Below are positions 18,923 to 27,621 of a DNA stretch of 64,000 nt, piece by piece. The notes beneath the pieces were generated by a model. That model was not told where the DNA came from, ran no database searches, and saw only the letters and a program-made list of their open reading frames with translations. A program made the position numbers and the translations under genes. How positions within the stretch are numbered: position 1 is the stretch's first letter; each line of letters begins with the position of its first letter. The DNA lies in IMG/VR virus record IMGVR_UViG_3300042564_004498, positions 32,001-96,000 of that record, one strand, 5' to 3'. The DNA is from a virus.

Positions 18923-20041
18923 TTAAAGTGGGTTATTTTTGTTTTTCAATAAAGAGTATAATTTACTTAATTTTTTTGTCATTTTTAGACAAATGTTTCT
19001 TGTCTGATTAATCTCGTATTTGATGAATTTCTCATAGTCACCACCAAATCTTGTAACCCTATCCAAATATTTGTCAAAATATTTTTGTTTCTTTCCACTA
19101 AACCCAAAGAGTTCTTCAATAAACTCTTGTGTTAAATATGACTTCATTGTGCCTGCTCTCCAATTCAATAAAGTCTTAAAGAACTCCTTTAATGTTACAT
19201 CAACCATTTCGTCATCTGATGCATCTTCAGGATAATTAATATTATTATCGTCAAAAGTTTCTTTAATTTGGGGGATAATCTTTTTTAAATCATCCCTTAG
19301 TTTTTCATAAGTTAAATTGGCTCCGTCTTTATAAATCTCATAAACTTTATTATTTGTGATAAATTTATAAAAATCTTCTTTGGTGATTCCTTCCTCCTCC
19401 AACGCAGCATACAATTCTGTGGCTCTAACCAAATTTTCTGTGGTATGAGCAAAATACATATAATGTAATAATTTATTTAATGGTGGTATATTTCCAAATT
19501 GTCTTTGACTTCCAATTTGATATTCAACTCGTTTATTGGTTTTTAAGTTTGGGTTAACAGATTCATCGTAACCGTGTTTTATCTCATGAGCCAAACTTGA
19601 GATGATTACTACTTTTTCTTTTTTAAACTCATCAATTAAATCTTGAGTTGTTGCGTCATTATCTAAAGTCATATTAATTGACAAATCAATTACATCCATA
19701 TCACGATTAGTAGTGTAATTGAATTTATTGTTCATCTCCACTGTACTACGATGGGTCATACCTCTTAGATATATTTTTTGTCTACTATCCCCATTAACAT
19801 CATATTCATCTAAACTATCAACATTAAATTCCAAGTTAATAGTGTCAAACTTATAATCATTAATTTGAAAATTTCCCTTTAATACTATTGGTTTTTTTAT
19901 GAAAGATTTTAATTTGGTGGTTGGTTTAAGTTCCGACATCATTTTGTCGTATAGTTGTCTGGCAATGTCAACGATATTAGTTGGGACACCAACCGCTTCG
20001 TTTAATTTTTTATATTGAGATTCTGTTAATACGTATTTCAT
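18923..20041 (-). CDS. Tagged protein with HExxH metallopeptidase-like motif
   Basis: MKYVLTESQYKKLNEAVG; LAHEIKHGYD; TATTTAT-N5-ATG. Confidence 0.7.
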   Translation of the reverse strand: MKYVLTESQYKKLNEAVGVPTNIVDIARQLYDKMMSELKPTTKLKSFIKKPIVLKGNFQINDYKFDTINLEFNVDSLDEYDVNGDSRQKIYLRGMTHRSTVEMNNKFNYTTNRDMDVIDLSINMTLDNDATTQDLIDEFKKEKVVIISSLAHEIKHGYDESVNPNLKTNKRVEYQIGSQRQFGNIPPLNKLLHYMYFAHTTENLVRATELYAALEEEGITKEDFYKFITNNKVYEIYKDGANLTYEKLRDDLKKIIPQIKETFDDNNINYPEDASDDEMVDVTLKEFFKTLLNWRAGTMKSYLTQEFIEELFGFSGKKQKYFDKYLDRVTRFGGDYEKFIKYEINQTRNICLKMTKKLSKLYSLLKNKNNPL

Positions 20042-20105
20042 TAATGATAAATATAAGAAGACTTTAAATAAAAAACCTCAACGATTAAGATGAGGTTTTA
20101 TTAAA

Positions 20106-20222
20106 TTAAAATTCTTTTTTTAAACGACTAAGGATTTCATTGTTCTTATTCGTTCTCTTCAATTCCTTAAGAACATTTCTTCTATTCTTTTTAGGTTTAC
20201 CAATTTTTCTTGATTTTGACAT
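20106..20222 (-). CDS. 38-aa highly basic peptide
   Basis: MSKSRKIGKPKKNRRNVLKELKRTNKNNEILSRLKKEF; TATTTAT upstream, terminator downstream. Confidence 0.6.
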   Translation of the reverse strand: MSKSRKIGKPKKNRRNVLKELKRTNKNNEILSRLKKEF

Positions 20223-20277
20223 AGTTAGTATTTTATAATAAATATACTATCCCCAATTATCGTCATTATCAAAAAAA

Positions 20278-20583
20278 TTAATCATCATCACTAAAGTCCC
20301 AATTAACAATCTCATTAACAGGATAATCATACGTTTCTTCAAACCATTCACCAGCATATTCCAAAGCGTCCTCACCCGAAACATTAAACATGGCCGCAAA
20401 CCCAAAGATGATATCATTAGAAACCAATAATTTATTATTATAAATCTTATAATGCCAAGTCTGATTGCCATGGTTGTTTTCAAGGGAAAGATAATGTTGT
20501 GTTTCCTTAACATTATAATCAGGAGAATCAAAATATTTCCACATTAAATTCTTAACCTGTGATTCTTTAATAATATATTCCAT
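20278..20583 (-). CDS. Tagged WFE-family protein
   Basis: MEYIIKESQV...AGEWFEETYDYPV; TATTTAT-N4-ATG. Confidence 0.8.
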   Translation of the reverse strand: MEYIIKESQVKNLMWKYFDSPDYNVKETQHYLSLENNHGNQTWHYKIYNNKLLVSNDIIFGFAAMFNVSGEDALEYAGEWFEETYDYPVNEIVNWDFSDDD

Positions 20584-20604
20584 AATGATAAATACTCAAC
20601 TATC

Positions 20605-20670
20605 AAAAAAAGGGGCTGGGGATTCCCACGAACGAAGTGAGTTTCCGTCGGGCGGTACACGAATTACCAC
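20605..20670. repeat. Dispersed ~65-bp repeat, copy 1
   Basis: AAAAAAAGGGGCTGGGGATTCCCACGAACGAAGTGAG...GGGCGGTACACGAATTACC. Confidence 0.85.
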
Positions 20671-20713
20671 ATAATATTACCAAGATATCAACTCTACCAC
20701 AAGGATAATCGTT

Positions 20714-21157
20714 TTACCCAAACATCCTCACCATTACATTATGATTATTATCGGACTTCTGTCGGGGAGTAATATTACCAAGAATCAAATCTATCTGACT
20801 ATACATACCCGTACCACAATCCATTGTCTTTTTTACCCCATTACGTAAAACGGATTCCAACAACACAACGTGTGGGAGTGGCAAGTTTTGGGTGGCCTCT
20901 ACCTTACCATGTAAAAACAATTCAAACCATTCTGTTATCAGGGGTTCATATTCTTTATAACCAATATCAAATAACTTAAAGAAATTATCAAAGAATCCCC
21001 ACCTCCAAAATAGTCTACCTGATTCCTGAAATTCAAAATACCAATACTTGTTCTCCCTATCAATAAACCAAATGTTACCCCGATGTAGAATTACTTCCGC
21101 ATGGGATAAATCCTCACTCAACTTTTTAAATATAAATTCCTTTAACCTATCTGTCAT
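20714..21157 (-). CDS. Untagged WFE-family protein with NGVK repeat
   Basis: LITEWFE...VLRNGVKKT. Confidence 0.7.
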   Translation of the reverse strand: MTDRLKEFIFKKLSEDLSHAEVILHRGNIWFIDRENKYWYFEFQESGRLFWRWGFFDNFFKLFDIGYKEYEPLITEWFELFLHGKVEATQNLPLPHVVLLESVLRNGVKKTMDCGTGMYSQIDLILGNITPRQKSDNNHNVMVRMFG

Positions 21158-21431
21158 CTTTCGGTATATTATTTAACCATTCATTAAAATATCGTGAAGT
21201 ATCTGTATGACTTAAACAAAATAGTATTCTTACACTACGGTATAACTCAGACCTCATAGATATTCTCTTAACACCATCCTTACGAGAACCAACCACAATT
21301 CCATTAACAGAATAAATGGTCTTAAACATATTCCCCCTGTACCCACCAAAATGAATTTTTTGTTTTGATACAGATAAGGTGGGGTTACCCCCAACCGTAG
21401 AATTAAGATATTCATTAACCAATTTTTCCAT
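21147..21431 (-). CDS. Hypothetical protein (divergent WFE-like)
   Basis: MEKLVNEYLN...YFNEWLN. Confidence 0.55.
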   Translation of the reverse strand: MEKLVNEYLNSTVGGNPTLSVSKQKIHFGGYRGNMFKTIYSVNGIVVGSRKDGVKRISMRSELYRSVRILFCLSHTDTSRYFNEWLNNIPKDDR

Positions 21432-21619
21432 TATGTTGTTTCATCAATATTGGACATCACATAACCTTCAGGTGGAAAATGAATCAAACATCTTCCATTA
21501 CCCTTATAACAAGAGCAATCCTTATCATCATCAATCTCAAATGAAACACTACTTTCCTTATCTTCGTAATTTGTGAAGAAATCATTAAAGATTCCCGTAA
21601 TAGTTATTTTCTTTTTCAC
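21431..21619 (-). CDS. Hypothetical protein
   Basis: Coupled ORF in operon. Confidence 0.5.
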   Translation of the reverse strand: MKKKITITGIFNDFFTNYEDKESSVSFEIDDDKDCSCYKGNGRCLIHFPPEGYVMSNIDETT

Positions 21620-21620
21620 C

Positions 21621-21944
21621 TTATTTCTTTTTGAATTGTGAAACCCTTTGTGGGTCTATTGTCACCACAATGTTACCACTACTATCGGCATACGAAGCGA
21701 TATCATCATCCAATAACATTTTATGAATAGTATCGTCATAATAAATCACCACACTATTGTATGAGTAATGTGGATAATGTTGTTTAATTGGTTCCAATAG
21801 AACAACAATAGTACATTGACTAACAGCGCCATCCATAATGGATTTAATTAGTTCATAATAATATTGGTTTCGTTTTTTCTTATACTCGTTCAATATATCA
21901 ATTCGAGATAAGGTTTCAGTTGTCTTTGGTTTAGAATTCCACAT
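21621..21944 (-). CDS. Hypothetical protein
   Basis: Coupled ORF in operon. Confidence 0.55.
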   Translation of the reverse strand: MWNSKPKTTETLSRIDILNEYKKKRNQYYYELIKSIMDGAVSQCTIVVLLEPIKQHYPHYSYNSVVIYYDDTIHKMLLDDDIASYADSSGNIVVTIDPQRVSQFKKK

Positions 21945-22308
21945 TATTTTTTACTATTTCAATTAATTTTTTAAGACAAGCAAGTTCCGCTTCTTCGGGA
22001 GATATAAAATAAACTATACTTCTATTTACTGATTCAGTGCTCTTATCATCCAAATAACTGTAACGATAATTCCAATAAATAGACTTATCTATTTTCATCC
22101 AAAAAGTAGAACTATGTATTTTATACTTCTCTCTAAACCATCTAAATGCTTGTTGGTAAAGTGGTGCTGAATTTCTTCCATCACAAGGAAAATTACCCCC
22201 CATTGGTTTATTATTCTCCATATCATTATAAAATCCAAAACAATCCTCATCAAAGCCTAATTCTTTTAACGATAATGATTGTTCGTAAGTCACAAATTCT
22301 TTTTCCAT
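21931..22308 (-). CDS. Hypothetical protein, tandem paralog of 22308-22745
   Basis: MEKEFVTYEQSLSLKELGF...SAPLYQQAFRWFREKY...LACLKKLIEI. Confidence 0.8.
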   Translation of the reverse strand: MEKEFVTYEQSLSLKELGFDEDCFGFYNDMENNKPMGGNFPCDGRNSAPLYQQAFRWFREKYKIHSSTFWMKIDKSIYWNYRYSYLDDKSTESVNRSIVYFISPEEAELACLKKLIEIVKNNVEF

Positions 22309-22745
22309 TATTTCTCTTTTGCGATTTCTATTAATTTTTTTAGACATTCAAGCTCTGATTCTTCGGGAGTATTAAATGTACCACTATAAGACGAACCTGA
22401 CCCTACAAAATTATCATATATGTATTTTTCCGAGTATAAATCTCTTATCTGAAAACAATATTCTATTGCTCCCATATCGGATGTATATGGCTCAGCATGC
22501 AGATTGTACTTCTCTCTAAACCATCTAAACGCTTGTCTGTAAAGTGGAGCACTACACGCCTTATCTAAACAATTACTATTCACCCAATCACTTGGGCTTT
22601 CATTCATACCGAATTCTGTCTCTAAAAAATATTCAGTAAAATTACTTGGTATTAGTGTTGACCTGAACCAACCAAAACAAGGTTCATTAAATCCCAATTC
22701 TTTTAATTCCAATGATTGCTCATAAGGTACAAATTCTTTTTCCAT
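22308..22745 (-). CDS. Hypothetical protein, tandem paralog of 21931-22308
   Basis: MEKEFVPYEQSLELKELGF...SAPLYRQAFRWFREKY...LECLKKLIEI. Confidence 0.8.
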   Translation of the reverse strand: MEKEFVPYEQSLELKELGFNEPCFGWFRSTLIPSNFTEYFLETEFGMNESPSDWVNSNCLDKACSAPLYRQAFRWFREKYNLHAEPYTSDMGAIEYCFQIRDLYSEKYIYDNFVGSGSSYSGTFNTPEESELECLKKLIEIAKEK

Positions 22746-22799
22746 AATTCTTTATTTAGAAAGCGAAGATATAACAAAGAATTTAATCCACCAAATATA

Positions 22800-23195
22800 T
22801 TATGAAAAAAAGGGCTGGGATTCCCCCGAACAAAGTGAGGTCGGACGACTGGCCACAATAACTCCCCTCTCAATAACCTTATCAACCTCAAAGTCTTTTC
22901 TCCAATCATATACGGTGGGAAGATAATCAGGATAACAATGTTTGCCAACAAAATTCATCCCCAAACCATTACGAATCCAATTAGAAATATAACTATCATT
23001 ACCCGGCACCACCAAAGACATATAAGAAAATAAGTTATGGAAGAAAAAATAATTATAAAAAGTATATCCCGTATAACTAACCGTAACAACCCATGTTTTA
23101 TTGTCGGGGTTAATTATCCAGTGTGAACCCCTATACTCATACCACACGTATCCCGAGATAGTATCATTAAGAACTTTAGTAATCAGTTTTTCCAT
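22800..23195 (-). CDS. Untagged WFE-like protein (paralog of the 16880-18157 N-domain)
   Basis: W.I..D.K.WVV...G...YNY.FF.NLF.Y.SL...YI..W; 3' end overlaps repeat copy 2. Confidence 0.7.
   Translation of the reverse strand: MEKLITKVLNDTISGYVWYEYRGSHWIINPDNKTWVVTVSYTGYTFYNYFFFHNLFSYMSLVVPGNDSYISNWIRNGLGMNFVGKHCYPDYLPTVYDWRKDFEVDKVIERGVIVASRPTSLCSGESQPFFS
22805..22866. repeat. Dispersed repeat, copy 2 (divergent)
   Basis: AAAAAAAGGGCTGGGATTCCCCCGAACAAAGTGAG. Confidence 0.75.
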
Positions 23196-23206
23196 AATAT
23201 AGTTTT

Positions 23207-23271
23207 AAAAAAAAGGGCTGGGATTACCCCGAACGAAGTGAGTCTCCGCCGGGCGGTATACGAATTACCCC
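23207..23271. repeat. Dispersed repeat, copy 3
   Basis: AAAAAAAAGGGCTGGGATTACCCCGAACGAAGTGAG...GGGCGGTATACGAATTACC. Confidence 0.85.
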
Positions 23272-23810
23272 AAAAACTCCATTAACGATTTCGCCGATGT
23301 ATCAAACAATAAATTATATTTCAATAAATCTTTATACTCCTTTGTCCCCTTATTAATAGTAGACCTCATCTCAATGTTATGGTTATTCTCATTAGAAAGT
23401 TCAGTACCATTCATAGGACATATTTTAAACTTATAAATCATATGTTTAGGGATTACAAAAAACATGGGGGTGAAATCATTCTCACAATCAACAAAACAAA
23501 ATAAATAATAATCAATTAACTGCCACGGCCTAAGATGGGTTAGATTATAAGCGTTAGAAAGATTGGATAAAAAACTAACCTTAATCTCAAAGTGTTTTCC
23601 ATTCTTCTTAGAGTCCCCCCGATTCATACGAGTTTTAACTGACTCCATACCAAACTCCCGTATAATTTTCTGTTCAATCCTCTTACCATAAGAACACGGT
23701 AATAACCTAACATAACAGTCACAAATAAAATCCTTTAACTTTAACCCAAAATCAACATCCTTCCTTTGACCAAATTTAAGTTTCGCCAACTGTAAATAAT
23801 CCAATACCAT
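23265..23810 (-). CDS. PD-(D/E)xK restriction-endonuclease-like protein
   Basis: GKRIEQ...RGDSKKNGKHFEIKVS; TTTG-N20-TATCTTTG promoter. Confidence 0.55.
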   Translation of the reverse strand: MVLDYLQLAKLKFGQRKDVDFGLKLKDFICDCYVRLLPCSYGKRIEQKIIREFGMESVKTRMNRGDSKKNGKHFEIKVSFLSNLSNAYNLTHLRPWQLIDYYLFCFVDCENDFTPMFFVIPKHMIYKFKICPMNGTELSNENNHNIEMRSTINKGTKEYKDLLKYNLLFDTSAKSLMEFLG

Positions 23811-24032
23811 TACACCTTTATTTTATATTAGTCAACAAAGATATAACATTTCCCCATTTCTCACAAAATTTTCCAAAAATTTTTTTTGTCCTTGAAGAGG
23901 GTAAAATAAAAAGGGGGGTCCACTTTACAGAATAGTAGACGAGAGTAAAGAACGACCCCGTTCATCATACGAGAGTAATTGTTACTTCCGAGATTGGACA
24001 TAAAAAAACCCCTCTGTTGGGAGGGGGTTATA

Positions 24033-24353
24033 TTAATTAGACTTGAATCTTTTTCTTATAATAACATCTTTTACAGGTAGTCTATAATCTTTCTTTACCC
24101 ATAACTTAATTACCTTATGGATTTGTTTTTCATTTAATTTAAAAAAATCCATTAACGAAAAATGTATTCTACTGTCATCAGATGAAATAAACAATTCCAT
24201 AGGTTTCTTCTTATACAAGAAAATAATATTACCATCACTTTCCGAAAAAATAATGTTAGGACCTATGTCTTCCCGTTTTAAATTTGGAAACTCCTTTCGT
24301 AACCATTTAAGGATAACACTAAATAACCTCTTCTCACTTATAATATATTCCAT
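24033..24353 (-). CDS. Tagged WFE-family protein
   Basis: MEYIISEKRL...VIKLWVKKDYRLPV; TATTTAT-N4-ATG. Confidence 0.75.
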   Translation of the reverse strand: MEYIISEKRLFSVILKWLRKEFPNLKREDIGPNIIFSESDGNIIFLYKKKPMELFISSDDSRIHFSLMDFFKLNEKQIHKVIKLWVKKDYRLPVKDVIIRKRFKSN

Positions 24354-24619
24354 AGAAATAAATACCAAACAAAGAACATTTTTTCCCCAAAAATTATTTT
24401 TGTCATTGAAGGGACATTTAAAAAGAAGGGGTCGTGTTCCCCGGACCAATACTCCACCCCGTAGGTAGGGTTTATATCCGGAAAATTTCCGGGTAATGAA
24501 TCATTATTTCCGGATAGGAGTTATTCACCCATTAAAGGGTGGGGGATTTATTCCCCCGACCATCTAACCGGAGGGGTAAATTTTTACCCAAAAATTATTT
24601 TATTTGATTTAGGGGATTA

Positions 24620-24815
24620 TCCCCCCTATATGACATTCTGACAGTATAGTAAGGGGGGATACGGGGGGGAGGGGGGCCCCATAGGGGGGTAGACCCCATG
24701 CCAGAGGGGTGGTCTGTCAGTATAAGTTATTAACAATGTTATCCCCCCTCCCCATTAGTTATCAACATGACAGGGTGATAAAAAAAAAGTTATCAACATA
24801 TTACTGTGGATAACT
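24620..24815. promoter_or_regulatory. G-tract plus DnaA-box-like cluster (candidate origin)
   Basis: TTATTAACA 24727, TTATCAACA 24759 and 24790, TGTGGATAA 24805; TGACA motifs; G-runs 24652-24710. Confidence 0.55.
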
Positions 24816-24839
24816 TTATGGTATGATATTGTTTGTTAA

Positions 24840-25262
24840 CTATTGTTCGGGGACAATGAATGACCCGATGTGGAATGACCGACCTTGTGGTAGTCTAAGT
24901 TCCACGGGTAAGGCGGGGGAGCTATGTATGTCTTCCATCATCTGATTCATGGGAGATGTGATGAGGTTATCTCCTTCTTCATATGACATGTCCAATAGTA
25001 GTGATGGGTATGTGGCTCTATAACCTTTCCCACTATCAAGGTCCCTAGTTACCCATGGAAGGAATGGTCTCTCATATTCATTGGCCATTTGTATTGGGTC
25101 CACGATAAGTTCTAAGAAGATTACATTATAAAGGTTTACCTCATCCTCATTTATAATCACATCCTTAATCCATTTGTTCTCATTCATAAGGGCCTTCCTT
25201 ACAACCTTGAACTCATAGTTGTTTCTTAATTCATCGGGGGTCATTACATTTCTAACTGCCAT
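24840..25262 (-). CDS. Hypothetical protein
   Basis: 140-aa ORF; TATTTAT 22 nt upstream. Confidence 0.65.
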   Translation of the reverse strand: MAVRNVMTPDELRNNYEFKVVRKALMNENKWIKDVIINEDEVNLYNVIFLELIVDPIQMANEYERPFLPWVTRDLDSGKGYRATYPSLLLDMSYEEGDNLITSPMNQMMEDIHSSPALPVELRLPQGRSFHIGSFIVPEQ

Positions 25263-25339
25263 AGTGTTGTATAATATATTAATGATAAATATATGATATA
25301 TTGTTTGGGGGTTACATTTATTATCCGTACCTTTGTATC

Positions 25340-25436
25340 ACTGAATCGGTAACCACTCCGACAGGGGGCGCAAGTAAGGTTGGGGAGAGTGGACGGAGCA
25401 GCGCTTTATATTTTTAATATAAATCCCCCACCTTTG
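25340..25436 (+). ncRNA. Candidate small structured RNA
   Basis: Follows TTTG-N20-TACCTTTG (25304-25335); no ORF; AAGGTTGGGGA/TCCCCCACCTT stem, TCGG/CCGA hairpin, CCACT/AGTGG loop pairing. Confidence 0.45.
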
Positions 25437-25583
25437 TTACGAATATCATAATGGTACCTTTAACTAAGAGAAAATTATTACTAATGAAATCCCCCATTCT
25501 TTGTGAATGTCATAATTTGTTTGTATATTTGTGTCTTGACGGTGATAGTCGCCGTCATCTCTTACACATTTAAATCATTAGTC

Positions 25584-25658
25584 ATGAAAGGTTTCCTTAA
25601 AGCATTGTTTGTTGGGTATGTAGTAGTTGGGGTTTATAACCACCTTACAAAGAAATAA
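25584..25658 (+). CDS. 24-aa hydrophobic peptide
   Basis: MKGFLKALFVGYVVVGVYNHLTKK; own TTTG...TATATTTG promoter, leader hairpin and downstream hairpin. Confidence 0.5.
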   Translation: MKGFLKALFVGYVVVGVYNHLTKK

Positions 25659-25682
25659 CAGAGGGACATTGATGTCCCCCTC

Positions 25683-25955
25683 TTATTTTACATACTCCCT
25701 TATTAGTTCCTGACACTTACCCACTATATCCTTGGGGGTAATGTTGTCCCCGCCATATTCATAGAGTCCTTCTATCTTGGCATCCACACATCCCCACGCA
25801 TCCATTCCTATTGGTTTACGTTGGAAGGTTTTCTTTGCCCTCTCGAAATATAGAGAACCTAACTCCATTCCCCCACCATCTGAGATTACTATTCTTATTA
25901 CTCCCTCATCCATTGGGGATAATTCATATGTCAAATTGTCTACTGTTATATCCAT
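25683..25955 (-). CDS. Hypothetical protein
   Basis: TATTTAT-N4-ATG (MDITVDN). Confidence 0.65.
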   Translation of the reverse strand: MDITVDNLTYELSPMDEGVIRIVISDGGGMELGSLYFERAKKTFQRKPIGMDAWGCVDAKIEGLYEYGGDNITPKDIVGKCQELIREYVK

Positions 25956-26013
25956 AATCATAAATATAGGTTGGGGAACATATAAAATAAAGGTGAAACC
26001 ATCCGATTAGGAT

Positions 26014-26130
26014 GTATTAACAGTTGGGGTGTTGATAACTTTTGGTCCTGACAGTCTGTCATAAGGAAAAATAAATGTTAATTGTTGATAACTTTAGGGT
26101 AAATTATTTGGATTTGTCAAAATGTCAGGG
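26014..26130. promoter_or_regulatory. Second DnaA-box-like/TGACA cluster
   Basis: TGTTGATAA 26030 and 26083; TGACAGTCTGTCA 26049; TGTCAAAATGTCA 26115. Confidence 0.5.
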
Positions 26131-26870
26131 GAGCTCTCGATAGGGGATAATCCCTTTCCCCGCATTTAACCCCCACCGTGGTTACACAGTCTACCACTTT
26201 TTACCACCGATAGTGTCATGTGGATAGTGTAAAGACCACTTTTTTCCCCCTGACGACCCCTACAGGACCAGTTTTTTACTATGTGTATTTCCTAGCGAAA
26301 AAGGGAGTAGTAAGTGAAAGACGCGTGGAAACGAGTTTACGAGTGTTATAGAAGGACTTTTATTACTTCAACGAGTGTCACAGACCGACCTAAGGAGTGA
26401 ACCGATACACTATATGTCCCCCTCGTATAGACCATGTAACATCCTTTCGTAGTGGAGACAACTCATTAGTGGTAAGTAGTGGGGAAACTTACTATTCATA
26501 TCACTCATGTGAGTTTTAAACTGACTACACTGATATGAAACATAAGTTATTATATCATCGTGTAATTATATGACATCACATATAAATGGTCGTAGACCAT
26601 TACTTTTATATGTCATTACATATAACGATTACTAATACCACCACATATGTCTCTTCGTTTAGGTGGGGACCACATATGTTGGGCGGGGAACATATAATTA
26701 TTATCGGGTTATAGGTAATAATAAGGTTATAGACTGATAATATATGTTTATAAGGTTCAGGACTTATATCCGTATTTATACGATAATATCCGAAAATGAT
26801 ACGATACATGAATGAACGAAAAAAGGAGACCCGAATGGAGTCTCCCTTTGTAGTGAGTGAATGGATTGGA

Positions 26871-27137
26871 TTATTTTACTACAGTTACAATCTCTTTGTC
26901 CCACCCTGTTATCTTATTACCATTTTGTAAATTGGTAATCATATTGGTGGCTTCTATTTCAGTATTGAATGTAAGTGGATAAGATTGACAATCCCCATTA
27001 TGACATTCCACATCTGTTATATTCTCCCATAGTTTCCACCATAAGAACTTTGATTGACATTGTACTGTATAATGTTCTTTATTTATCTCCCCTTTCTCGT
27101 AGTGTGTATGTTTAACTACTCTGTATATTTTCTTCAT
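26871..27137 (-). CDS. Hypothetical protein
   Basis: TATATTTG-N4-ATG. Confidence 0.65.
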   Translation of the reverse strand: MKKIYRVVKHTHYEKGEINKEHYTVQCQSKFLWWKLWENITDVECHNGDCQSYPLTFNTEIEATNMITNLQNGNKITGWDKEIVTVVK

Positions 27138-27228
27138 AACGCAAATATATTAATATTTGTTTTTATTGTCAATAAGGTTTATGATTTTCCTTATTGATAT
27201 AGTCATATTAATCATTATCTTTGCACAT

Positions 27229-27546
27229 ATGACCGACAATCTTAAACATGCTATCTTTAACTTTCTTACCACCGAGTATGGTAATTTACCCCCTTATAAA
27301 ACAGAGGAATGTGAATATTATGTTTTTTATTTTTTAAAGGGTGAAAAAATAATTGTATACAATTGGGTAACTAAAGAAGTTCATATAAGGTATAGTATTG
27401 TTTGGAGATTTTTAGAGAATTTTTTTGATTTATCGTATACAAAAGTATCCCTGTTAATGTCAGAGTGGTTAGAATCTATTTACAAATTAGATATATCTAA
27501 AATATCAACAATTAATGACCATCAATTTAGTTGGATACATAATTAA
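27229..27546 (+). CDS. Untagged WFE-family protein with host-type promoter
   Basis: TATCTTTG-N5-ATG; MTDNLKHAIFNFLTTEYG...LMSEWLESIYKL. Confidence 0.75.
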   Translation: MTDNLKHAIFNFLTTEYGNLPPYKTEECEYYVFYFLKGEKIIVYNWVTKEVHIRYSIVWRFLENFFDLSYTKVSLLMSEWLESIYKLDISKISTINDHQFSWIHN

Positions 27547-27621
27547 TCTATCATATGGTCCGAGGCGTTAATCCCCAACCCCCTTTAAATTAAAAACCCC
27601 CACCGTTAAGTGAGGGTTGTA

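Noticed and set aside
26606-26809. 67-aa ORF in the non-coding zone
   Set aside because: Low-complexity Ile-rich translation with no promoter or coupling; probably spurious.
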